Shown here in pieces: positions 56,889 to 64,000 of a DNA stretch of 64,000 nt. Position 1 is the stretch's first letter, and every line of letters starts with the position of its first letter. The translations under genes were made by a program, and so were the position numbers. The notes under the pieces were generated by a model that searched no databases, was not told the origin of the DNA, and saw only the letters and a program-made list of their open reading frames with translations. Origin of the DNA: Prolixibacteraceae bacterium (lineage in GTDB: Bacteria > Bacteroidota > Bacteroidia > Bacteroidales > Prolixibacteraceae); contig OY764876.1 in the NCBI GenBank assembly GCA_963668595.1, positions 3,923,554 through 3,987,553 on the forward strand. Direction: 5' to 3'.

Positions 56889-58220
56889 ATGGGCATTATC
56901 ACAACGTCATTGCTGGTTTTATGCAGCATTCTCGCCATCATATTTCTTACTTCAAAGCTGAAGCTGAATGCTTTTATTTCGCTTTTTCTGGTTTCGCTTT
57001 CTCTTGCGTTGCTTACAATTCCGGATGCCAATATTCTGAATATTCTTAAAGATGGTTTCGGTACAACCATGGGGGCTATTGGCTTTCTGATTATATTCGG
57101 AGCGATCATTGCCATTGTTCTCGAAAAAAGTGGAGGGGCTGTAAGTATTGCCAGATATATGCTTTCGAAAACAGGCGAAAAACGGGCTCCGGCAGCTTTG
57201 GGGATTGCCGGTTTTCTAGCCGGACTGCCTATCTTTTGCGATTCAGGATACATTATTCTTAGCGGATTAGCCAAATCGTTCAGTGCCCGCACCAAAATAG
57301 CCATGCCTTTCATTGCCGTTGTGCTGGCATGTTCGCTGTATTCGGTGCATTGTCTGGTGCCAACTCATCCGGGAGCATTGGCGGCTTCGGGTATTATGAA
57401 TGTCAATATCGGAAATCTGATACTGGGAGGTATTTTGTTTGCCATTCCGGGCGCTCTGGCTGCTTTTTTCTGGATACGAAGAATGACCAGCGGAAACACC
57501 TATCAACCAGCAACAGGCGCGCCCGAAAATGAAGAAACAAACGCACAAAATCTTCCATCTCCGTTCTTGTCGCTGTTGCCGGTAGTTGTACCGCTGATTT
57601 TAATCGCCGCTGCATCTTTATTTACTGTAATGGACTGGAAAACTCAAAACTATTTTTTCAAGATAGTCCAATTTATCGGTCAGCCTATTGCCGCCTTATT
57701 TATCGGAATGCTCCTGTCTTTTCTTCTACTGAAGAATATGAACATCAAACGCATTAACGGTGTTTTCGAAACAGCAATTGAAAAAGCAGGAACGATTCTG
57801 ATTGTTACGGCTGCCGGAGGAATGTTCGGGATGGTTATTAAGGAAACAGGTGTGGGGACGGCTGCCGGCGATTTCCTTAGCAAAACCGGATTGGGTTTAG
57901 CTGTTCCTTTTCTGATTGCCTTTCTGATGAAGACTGCTCAGGGATCATCTACTGTAGCGATTATAACTACAGCATCGTTTGTGGCACCCATGCTGTCATC
58001 TCTTGGTCTCGATTCCGAATCAGGGAAATTGCTCGCCACCCTGGCAATGGGGGCAGGATCGATGATGATTTCGCATGCCAACGATTCCTATTTCTGGGTG
58101 ATTACCAAATTTTCCGACATTGACTCGGATACTACATTGCGGATTTTCTCTACTGCCACCATCGTAATGGGAATTACCGTTTTTGCTTGTATCTGGATGG
58201 CCTCTCTGGTTTTGTTGTAA
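56889..58220 (+). CDS. gntP: GntP family permease
   Basis: 443-aa polytopic protein with GntP-like blocks (GFLAGLPIFCDSGYIIL, MKTAQGSSTVA, HANDSYFW). Confidence 0.85.
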   Translation: MGIITTSLLVLCSILAIIFLTSKLKLNAFISLFLVSLSLALLTIPDANILNILKDGFGTTMGAIGFLIIFGAIIAIVLEKSGGAVSIARYMLSKTGEKRAPAALGIAGFLAGLPIFCDSGYIILSGLAKSFSARTKIAMPFIAVVLACSLYSVHCLVPTHPGALAASGIMNVNIGNLILGGILFAIPGALAAFFWIRRMTSGNTYQPATGAPENEETNAQNLPSPFLSLLPVVVPLILIAAASLFTVMDWKTQNYFFKIVQFIGQPIAALFIGMLLSFLLLKNMNIKRINGVFETAIEKAGTILIVTAAGGMFGMVIKETGVGTAAGDFLSKTGLGLAVPFLIAFLMKTAQGSSTVAIITTASFVAPMLSSLGLDSESGKLLATLAMGAGSMMISHANDSYFWVITKFSDIDSDTTLRIFSTATIVMGITVFACIWMASLVLL

Positions 58221-58350
58221 GCCGGATAGCTCTGTTTGCAATCGTCGAGTCTTTTTTGGTCTGTTCATCCCGGCTCCCATCGGTTCGGATACGTTCTGCC
58301 AATCGTGTCTATTATCGGGGTGATTTACTTGGTTGTGTGTAATTCATTTT

Positions 58351-58725
58351 TCAACTTAATACCCATCCTATAGCTGATTCAAGAGTGCTAAATGGCCTGG
58401 AAATATAGCCATCGTCGTCAATTTGAACTAATATTGGAATTACAATATCTTTGGGTTCCTCAGTAAGTACAGCAATTTTCAAGTTCCCGAATATGTCAAG
58501 ATGTTTCTTATAGAATTCCGATATTGCTCTATGTTCGTTAATTTTTATATTAAAATTTGAATTCCGATAATCTAGAATAAATCCTTTTGTTTCTTTCGGA
58601 ATTAAATTATTCGCAAACGCATATTCCCATGAAGACTTAATATCTTCTATATTAGTTGATTCATAGTAGTACTTAAACAAAATACCGATTGAACTATCAA
58701 ATTGATATTTAAATTTCTCTCCCAT
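58351..58725 (-). CDS. hypothetical protein
   Basis: AT-rich ORF. The ATG at 58725 is preferred over the TTG at 58734. No recognised motif. Confidence 0.45.
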   Translation of the reverse strand: MGEKFKYQFDSSIGILFKYYYESTNIEDIKSSWEYAFANNLIPKETKGFILDYRNSNFNIKINEHRAISEFYKKHLDIFGNLKIAVLTEEPKDIVIPILVQIDDDGYISRPFSTLESAIGWVLS

Positions 58726-58769
58726 TAAATTCAAATATAAATATTTTAATAGAAAATCAAGTTTTTTAC

Positions 58770-58830
58770 AAAAATGCTAATTGCAAATCAGCATTAGCCG
58801 CTGCGAGCGGGGATGTCTCAAGGAGCGGGA
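58770..58830 (-). repeat. ~62-nt repeat, inverted copy of 1194-1255
   Basis: Contains AATGCTAATT-gca-AATCAGCATT (58773-58795). On the minus strand it lies about 45 nt upstream of the ORF at 58351-58725, the same relative arrangement as copy 1 and the ORF at 1331. Confidence 0.8.
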
Positions 58831-58847
58831 TGAACGGATTCAAAAAC

Positions 58848-59096
58848 TCAAAGAACTTTCAACCGGGAGATTTCGTCTTTGCTTTCAACCATAATCCGAG
58901 TGTTCATTAAATCTTTACGGTCATATTTTTTTATCCATTCGTTGACCGTACTGCTTTGCAGCCCATAAATGCGGGATAACTCTCTTTTGGAGTATTTTCC
59001 AGTACTAAGTTCGGCTAAAATTTTGAGTTTGAAACTCTCGCTGTAACGTCGGGTTACTTGTTCATTTCTATCATTTAAAATCAATAATTTTTTCAA
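58848..59096 (-). pseudogene. IS3-family transposase OrfA (HTH) remnant
   Basis: RRYSESFKLKILAELSTGKYSKRELSRIYGLQSSTVNEWIKKY is an IS3/IS911 OrfA-type HTH. There is no ATG start and no OrfB, and it overlaps the neighbouring ORF. Confidence 0.6.
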
Positions 59097-59667
59097 TGTC
59101 GATGCTCATGCTGTCAAATGCGTCATTTATTGGTTTAGAAATAATTGCAGAGACAAAAAGTGAGAAAAAATAAATCAATATCATAAGAGTTAAGCCAAAA
59201 ATGATCCTAATAAAAGTATATTTAGCAATTTTAAAACCGGTAATCTTTTCTAACAAATTGAATCTGGTTATTAGAAAACTTATTAGAGTTACTGTTAAGA
59301 CCCAAATTGGAAATACCAATATAGCTCTCCAAATTTCTCTATATGCTAAAAGCCAGTATAGGATTATGCCCAAAACTGAAAAACTTAAAACATTCTCAAA
59401 TAGTATTAATCTCCAAGAAGATGGTTTTGGAGGAAATTTTGTCCATAATTCCAACCAGACTATAATTGTAATTGTCAGAAAGACAAACGACAAAATATTT
59501 CCAATTGGTTTAATTGTCAAGTTATAGGAAAAAACTGTCAGAGCAGTAAAAACTCCTAGTACAGATATGAGTTTACTATTATTCTCAATATAATCCGAAA
59601 GAGAATTTGGCTTTTTAATCTCAGAATCATTTGATTCTACTGAATTGTCGTTGTCTTTTTGTCTCAT
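59071..59667 (-). CDS. hypothetical polytopic membrane protein
   Basis: 198 aa with about five TM segments. AT-rich. Confidence 0.5.
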   Translation of the reverse strand: MRQKDNDNSVESNDSEIKKPNSLSDYIENNSKLISVLGVFTALTVFSYNLTIKPIGNILSFVFLTITIIVWLELWTKFPPKPSSWRLILFENVLSFSVLGIILYWLLAYREIWRAILVFPIWVLTVTLISFLITRFNLLEKITGFKIAKYTFIRIIFGLTLMILIYFFSLFVSAIISKPINDAFDSMSIDIEKIIDFK

Positions 59668-59707
59668 TTCCAGTTTTGAATTATCGTTCGCAAGTTGCGC
59701 TTACACT

Positions 59708-59719
59708 GACGTCTAACGG
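59708..59719 (-). repeat. attC-like element B, left box, separated from the rest by the IS insertion
   Basis: GACGTCTAACGG. GTCTAAC fits RYYYAAC. Confidence 0.6.
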
Positions 59720-61404
59720 CAGTCTGTCTAAAAACCTCCAAATTCAATGCTATTCAATTTGATATTGGGGCTATAAAGCAGCGATTTGAAAGTAGTGATA
59801 AATTTTTATTTTCAGAATAAAAATGCTTGTTGATTTTTGAAATGGTTCAATAAAGCGGTTTTTGAGCCTCAAAAACGATGATAAAACAGATTTGTATGCT
59901 CCAAATACTTTTGTCCCCAGCAAATTGATAATCCGTCGGAGATTGCATGCAGTGAGAACCAGACCGCAATCGGCTTCCGCTCGTTGTTTGTACCTTTTTG
60001 TTATGATATAATTGAATCCCCACTGTCGTTTTATTGTCCCGAAAGGATGTTCAACAATGGCCTGCCTGCGTTTGTATAATTTTTCGCTGTTCTGAACTCT
60101 CTTTTTGTTGTTCTCAATGCTTCCGGCAAACTCGCTACGCCTGACCTGCTTGCCATTGACGGCCGACTTGGTACAACGGGGACGAACCGGACATGTTTTG
60201 CAAAGAGGAGTTGTATAGTTTCTGAATCGGTACGACACCTCTCCTGCGTCGTTTTTTGCCTGGTGCCAGTACCCGGTAGTGGTCAGTGTATGGCCTTGCA
60301 AACAGGTGTAAGTATCTGCTTGGGGATTATAGTGAAAATGCTCTACGTCGTAGTCCGGATCGGGTGCATGTGAGGCTCCTGAGAATGGAGGAATGGCCAC
60401 GATTGCCTGAATGCCCAGAGTATCAGCAATCGCCAGTTCGCTACCGGTATGATAGCCTTTGTCGTAGAGTGCAGTAAACTGATTGTTTCTTAAAATGGTT
60501 TTTGCCCTTCGGAGCATCGGCCCCATGGCCTTTTTATCATTGTTGTTGGTTACCCGATAGTCAATAGGAATATTGTTTTGTGCATCCACCGTGGTTTGAA
60601 GACTGTAAGCTACTTCAGTAATATTGTTGCGGGTAATCATGTGGCGGCTGTCGGGATCAGAGGTAGAGATTTGTGCCTGCCCGGATTGCTTTAACTGCTG
60701 CTCTATTTGCTGATAACCCACCCTTCGTTGCTCGTGTTTGAATATCTCTTTTTTGATCTCTTCCGCGTCTTTGTCGTTTTCGGCTAATGCTTTCTGATAC
60801 TCGGTAAGTTTGTTTTCAATGTATTCCAGATGACGGTCAATCTTCTTCTGGTTGTAATTATTTTTCTTACTGTTTTGTGCTCTGAGTTTAGTACTGTCAC
60901 CGGCCAGTAATTTTCCGCCAATCAGGTTAAAATACTGAGCGATTCTGACCGTTTCGCGGAATACTTTCTTTATTGCCTGCGGATTATCTCTTCGGAAATT
61001 GGAAATCGTATTGTGATCGGGGGTCAAGTTCTTCAAAAGCCATATCACTTCAATATTACGACGGCATTCTTTCTCTAGCTGTCTTGACGAGCGGATACGG
61101 TTCATATACCCGTAAATGAAAAGTTTCAGCAGGTCTCCCGGATGATAAGCAGGTCTGCCGTTCTCGCTGAAATCAATTCGGAATCCCATTTCTGAAAGAT
61201 TTAATTTCTCAACAAACACATCAATCAGGCGAACCTCGTTGTCTTTATCGATTGCCAGATCCAGTGAAATGGGAAATAAATGGGTTTGATTGCGATCTTG
61301 TCCTTGAATATATTTCATGTTTCAAGATAACAATCCCTTCTCGTATTATACTTGCTTTCCCTGATTTGTTTTCAACAATCGAATGTGGGTTTTTAGACAG
61401 TCTG
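59720..61404 (-). mobile_element. IS1182-family insertion sequence, complete copy (1685 bp)
   Basis: Terminal inverted repeats are CAGTCTGTCTAAAAACC (59720-36) and GGTTTTTAGACAGTCTG (61388-404), matching 16/17. A 4-bp direct repeat ACGG flanks it at 59716-19 and 61405-08. Confidence 0.85.
59771..61318 (-). CDS. IS1182-family DDE transposase
   Basis: 515 aa. N-terminal DUF772-type block RPAYHPGDLLKLFIYGYMNRIRSSRQLE. C-terminal IVEHPFGTIKRQWGF. Confidence 0.88.
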   Translation of the reverse strand: MKYIQGQDRNQTHLFPISLDLAIDKDNEVRLIDVFVEKLNLSEMGFRIDFSENGRPAYHPGDLLKLFIYGYMNRIRSSRQLEKECRRNIEVIWLLKNLTPDHNTISNFRRDNPQAIKKVFRETVRIAQYFNLIGGKLLAGDSTKLRAQNSKKNNYNQKKIDRHLEYIENKLTEYQKALAENDKDAEEIKKEIFKHEQRRVGYQQIEQQLKQSGQAQISTSDPDSRHMITRNNITEVAYSLQTTVDAQNNIPIDYRVTNNNDKKAMGPMLRRAKTILRNNQFTALYDKGYHTGSELAIADTLGIQAIVAIPPFSGASHAPDPDYDVEHFHYNPQADTYTCLQGHTLTTTGYWHQAKNDAGEVSYRFRNYTTPLCKTCPVRPRCTKSAVNGKQVRRSEFAGSIENNKKRVQNSEKLYKRRQAIVEHPFGTIKRQWGFNYIITKRYKQRAEADCGLVLTACNLRRIINLLGTKVFGAYKSVLSSFLRLKNRFIEPFQKSTSIFILKIKIYHYFQIAAL

Positions 61405-61531
61405 ACGGTGGCGGTATGAAATCGTTGGGGATTGCGGGCTACTTTCCTGTCAAGTTACACCGAACTTAATGCGTGGTATAACTCTTGGATAACCACCTAA
61501 ACCCCAATGTTTTATACCGCGTGTTATGCGG
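61405..61531 (-). repeat. attC-like imperfect palindrome, element B (main part)
   Basis: Stem GCGGTAT/ATACCGC, AAA/TTT, GTTGGGG/CCCCAAT (61411-61430 with 61502-61520). The core is conserved with element A. It ends in GTTATGCGG (61523-31). Confidence 0.6.
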
Positions 61532-61582
61532 TCGTAGTTTTATGATTTTACAGTCGTTATAGATTCGTCAGGTTTGATAAAT

Positions 61583-61852
61583 TTATTTTTTTGATTTAAT
61601 CTTTTTAATGCCTTGTTCAATTGAAAAAAATGCAACAGAACCTAATGGACCAAAAACACCTTTTACTGTTCCCTTAGTTAGCTGTTTAGCTGCATTAGCT
61701 ATAGGATGTTTTTTCTGCCATTCTTCTTCTTCAATAGCACTTTCACCAATTTTCTGCATAACATCAATATTATATTTTTTCTTTATAGCATTGTTTACTT
61801 TGTCAATTGAATTTACATAGCCATTCACCATTTTTATAAAAAAGTCACTCAT
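61583..61852 (-). CDS. small hypothetical protein P1 (89 aa), distant paralog of P3
   Basis: Shares with P3 an N-terminal F...V...DK..A.K pattern and a C-terminal IA....K...K.FG...(G/A)...I.KIK.K pattern, aligned by eye. Confidence 0.5.
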   Translation of the reverse strand: MSDFFIKMVNGYVNSIDKVNNAIKKKYNIDVMQKIGESAIEEEEWQKKHPIANAAKQLTKGTVKGVFGPLGSVAFFSIEQGIKKIKSKK

Positions 61853-61883
61853 AGTACTAATCTATTTAGTATTAATAAAAAAA

Positions 61884-61935
61884 ATGATTTTTTTCTCTTT
61901 TCTCCGCCACTCTTTACAACCGAGTGGCAGAGAAG
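61884..61935 (-). terminator. hairpin immediately after the P2 stop codon
   Basis: On the minus strand: CTTCTCTGCCACTC-ggttgtaaa-GAGTGGCGGAGAA, then A- and T-rich runs. Confidence 0.4.
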
Positions 61936-61936
61936 G

Positions 61937-62149
61937 TTATTTTTCCCATTCTTTTTCAGCTAACTTCCATTGTTCTTTTGCACTTTTAAGTTGATAATTT
62001 GCAATGATTCTAGCTTGACCTGGATGTATCCGAACTCTCATTGCTCCGGCTGCAGCTGTTATAAGGCCATGACCAGTAACAACACCAACAGCACCACAAA
62101 CACTAGCAACTGCTCTTGCTCCGTGAAAAACAGACTTTAGTTTTGACAT
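61937..62149 (-). CDS. small hypothetical protein P2 (70 aa) with a Gly/Ala-zipper hydrophobic segment
   Basis: GARAVASVCGAVGVVTGHGLITAAAGA is followed by a charged amphipathic tail KSAKEQWKLAEKEWEK. Confidence 0.5.
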   Translation of the reverse strand: MSKLKSVFHGARAVASVCGAVGVVTGHGLITAAAGAMRVRIHPGQARIIANYQLKSAKEQWKLAEKEWEK

Positions 62150-62269
62150 AATAAATTGATTTTATAATTGTTTTCGGTATTTTTTTAGATTCATATGTTT
62201 GGTTACTGAAGTGGAAAGAACTAAAAAAATCAACTTGGAACCAAACTTTTCATTGTCAAATCGAAGATT

Positions 62270-62536
62270 TCATTTGTGTTTAATCTTATCAATTACCTCC
62301 CCGGCTATGTCCCCTAAAATTTCACCCCCAAAAGGTTTAGCTACTGCTTTTAAGGCACTTTTACCTAAATAAGTTGCGATATATTTGCCTGGTTGCTCCT
62401 CAGCCATCTTACGCATTTTTTCTTCCTTGGCTTCTCGTTTTGCAATTCTTTCTGGTTTAAATGCTCCAAGTTTATCTAATCCGACATAAAAAGCATCAAA
62501 TACTTTACCTGCTGCTCTATCAAATTTTTCTCCCAT
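62270..62536 (-). CDS. small hypothetical protein P3 (88 aa), distant paralog of P1
   Basis: See P1. The central part is a Lys/Glu-rich helix. Confidence 0.5.
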   Translation of the reverse strand: MGEKFDRAAGKVFDAFYVGLDKLGAFKPERIAKREAKEEKMRKMAEEQPGKYIATYLGKSALKAVAKPFGGEILGDIAGEVIDKIKHK

Positions 62537-62627
62537 AATTGATTGATTTTAATTGATATTGTTGTATTTAAGTAATAATTCAATTTCAAACTTATTAGTA
62601 AATTTGTTTGACTGTCGTTTTTACTAT

Positions 62628-62765
62628 GCCGCATAACGGTCACTTGCAAGTTGTCGTTGCGGATTTCGAAGAGCGTCAGCGTCCGCAGGACGAAGACGGT
62701 CAAGAAAGGAGCAGAGACAACGCACACCACTGTACCCGCAATGCAATTTGCAATTTGTTATGGCC
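62628..62765 (-). repeat. attC-like imperfect palindrome, element C (intact)
   Basis: GCCGCATAACGG ... GTTATGGCC. Arms pair TTGCAA/TTGCAA, GTTG/CAAT and TTGCGG/CCGCAA with bulges. It is a GC-rich island in AT-rich surroundings. Confidence 0.6.
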
Positions 62766-62796
62766 TGGTTTTTATATTTTTCAATCATACATGTCA

Positions 62797-63300
62797 TTAA
62801 TAGCGAATCAAATTAAATGGTGATAGTTTTTCAGTTGTCTCAATATCTTTTAATCCAAGAGTCTTTGTCAAAAAGTCTGTGAAAATTATTTTTTGTCCAT
62901 TAATCAAAACAATCTCTGTGTAATTGTAAAAAAATGTTGGTAAAGCATAAGTCAAATTGTCCTCGTCCTTTTGACCTTTGTGTCTTACGATTTTGTCTAT
63001 TTCTTTGAATTGAAACTCTTTTTCTAGTTGTCCACTTTTATCAATTCTAACTGTCAATTTTGAATAATTTACCGTTATTTTTTTGTTTCTATCTTTTAGT
63101 TTGTATTGAAGATGTAGAATCAGTTGGGGAACTATCAACAAGAGAAAACCAAATCCAATGAAAAGTCCTAAGTCTTCCTTTTTTAAAAGAAAGTAAACGA
63201 ATCCAAAGATTGACAAAATGTAAAAGAGAACTGATTTTCTAAAAATCTTCCATTCATTTCTTTTGTCAAAGTCAAATTCTATTATAAACTCATTTCCCAT
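62797..63300 (-). CDS. hypothetical membrane protein (two TM segments plus a small soluble beta-rich domain)
   Basis: 167 aa. Its architecture resembles the ORF at 6139-6603. Confidence 0.5.
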   Translation of the reverse strand: MGNEFIIEFDFDKRNEWKIFRKSVLFYILSIFGFVYFLLKKEDLGLFIGFGFLLLIVPQLILHLQYKLKDRNKKITVNYSKLTVRIDKSGQLEKEFQFKEIDKIVRHKGQKDEDNLTYALPTFFYNYTEIVLINGQKIIFTDFLTKTLGLKDIETTEKLSPFNLIRY

Positions 63301-63330
63301 TTATATATTGATTATGTCTTTTTTAAACTT

Positions 63331-63341
63331 GGCCATAACGG
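63331..63341 (-). repeat. attC-like element D, left box only, truncated by IS copy 2
   Basis: GGCCATAACGG is the perfect complement of the right box of element C, GTTATGGCC. Confidence 0.55.
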
Positions 63342-64000
63342 CAGTCTGTCTAAAAACCTCCAAATTCAATGCTATTCAATTTGATATTGGGGCTATAAAG
63401 CAGCGATTTGAAAGTAGTGATAAATTTTTATTTTCAGAATAAAAATGCTTGTTGATTTTTGAAATGGTTCAATAAAGCGGTTTTTGAGGCTCAAAAACGA
63501 CGAAAAAACAGATTTGTATGCTCCAAATACTTTTGTCCCCAGCAAATTGATAATCCGTCGGAGATTGTATGCAGTGAGAACCAGACCGCAATCGGCTTCC
63601 GCTCGTTGTTTGTACCTTTTTGTTATGATATAATTGAATCCCCACTGTCGTTTTATTGTCCCGAAAGGATGTTCAACAATGGCCTGCCTGCGTTTGTATA
63701 ATTTTTCGCTGTTCTGAACTCTCTTTTTGTTGTTCTCAATGCTTCCGGCAAACTCGCTACGCCTGACCTGCTTGCCATTGACGGCCGACTTGGTACAACG
63801 GGGACGAACCGGACATGTTTTGCACAGAGGAGTTGTATAGTTTCTGAATCGGTACGACACCTCTCCTGCGTCGTTTTTTGCCTGGTGCCAGTACCCGGTA
63901 GTGGTCAGTGTATGGCCTTGCAAACAGGTGTAAGTATCTGCTTGGGGATTATAGAGAAAATGCTCTACGTCGTAGTCCAGATCGGGTGCATGTGAGGCTC
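63342..64000 (-). mobile_element. IS1182-family insertion sequence, second copy (runs off the window)
   Basis: Same left end CAGTCTGTCTAAAAACC as copy 1 and near-identical sequence with a few substitutions. The transposase stop is at 63393, the same 51-nt offset as in copy 1. Confidence 0.85.
63393..64000 (-). CDS. IS1182-family transposase, C-terminal part (partial at window edge)
   Basis: Translation matches copy 1 except for a few substitutions (for example TACNL to TAYNL, FLRLK to FLSLK). The frame stays open to position 64000. Confidence 0.85.
   Translation of the reverse strand, partial: ASHAPDLDYDVEHFLYNPQADTYTCLQGHTLTTTGYWHQAKNDAGEVSYRFRNYTTPLCKTCPVRPRCTKSAVNGKQVRRSEFAGSIENNKKRVQNSEKLYKRRQAIVEHPFGTIKRQWGFNYIITKRYKQRAEADCGLVLTAYNLRRIINLLGTKVFGAYKSVFSSFLSLKNRFIEPFQKSTSIFILKIKIYHYFQIAAL

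Noticed and set aside
58221-58350. Possible terminal attC-like remnant between gntP and the last accessory ORF
   Set aside because: Only weak resemblance was found (CGGTTCGGATACG compared with the element A box). I could trace no convincing long stem and no GTTAGAC partner for the left box of element B.
61405-63341. Composite transposon formed by the two direct IS1182-family copies
   Set aside because: Copy 1 has its own ACGG target duplication on both sides and excising it restores an intact palindrome, so the copies look like independent insertions. The right end of copy 2 lies outside the window, so this cannot be fully excluded.
58221-64000. Calling the region a bona fide integron
   Set aside because: No intI, attI or Pc promoter is visible in the window. 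The boxes deviate from RYYYAAC/GTTRRRY at one position each, and strand assignment rests only on gene orientation. It is therefore reported as attC-like or a candidate array.
1-64000. CRISPR arrays, rRNA genes and prophage blocks
   Set aside because: No regularly spaced direct repeats, no rRNA-like sequence and no phage structural or integrase genes were seen in any frame.

Overview
The window looks like a Bacteroidota chromosome segment. Evidence is many lipoproteins, ExbB/ExbD genes, GH29/FucP sugar genes, a TAnnTTTG-type promoter motif and the long 'GTCATGCTGAACGA...' hairpin repeat. About 80% is ordinary core genome: uvrB, aroB, aroA, tadA, aspS, mlaFE-like genes, two manC paralogs, an MscS channel, an S9 peptidase, tatD, ansA, tRNA-Ser(GGA), exbB-exbD-exbD, a LytTR two-component pair, lepA and gntP. 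Four AT-rich accessory patches interrupt it: 1-1850, 9060-13840, 16240-17300 and 58220-64000.

The main finding is a family of ~130-bp GC-rich imperfect palindromes with (R)YYTAAC ... GTTA(R)(R)(Y) boxes, here called elements A-D. They separate small minus-strand gene modules at 58.2-64 kb, and one also bounds a single-gene module at 16.4-17.25 kb. Their terminal boxes are complementary across the gene modules (9/9 nt) rather than within an element. That is the signature expected of integron-type cassettes recombined at G|TT. No integrase is visible in the window.

An IS1182-family element has inserted twice at the same position (TAACGG^) of these elements, with an ACGG target duplication visible on both sides of the complete copy.

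The second point of interest is a LacI-linked locus at 35.7-45.4 kb. It combines a plant-type GDP-mannose 3,5-epimerase, a fused nucleotidyltransferase-GHMP kinase, a second ManC, a GH29 fucosidase, a mutarotase and FucP. This suggests a nucleotide-sugar (Leloir-like) route for L-fucose/L-galactose.

Several smaller repeat families link the accessory patches. All identities, folds and family calls were made by eye from the sequence and ORF translations. Nothing was searched or computed.
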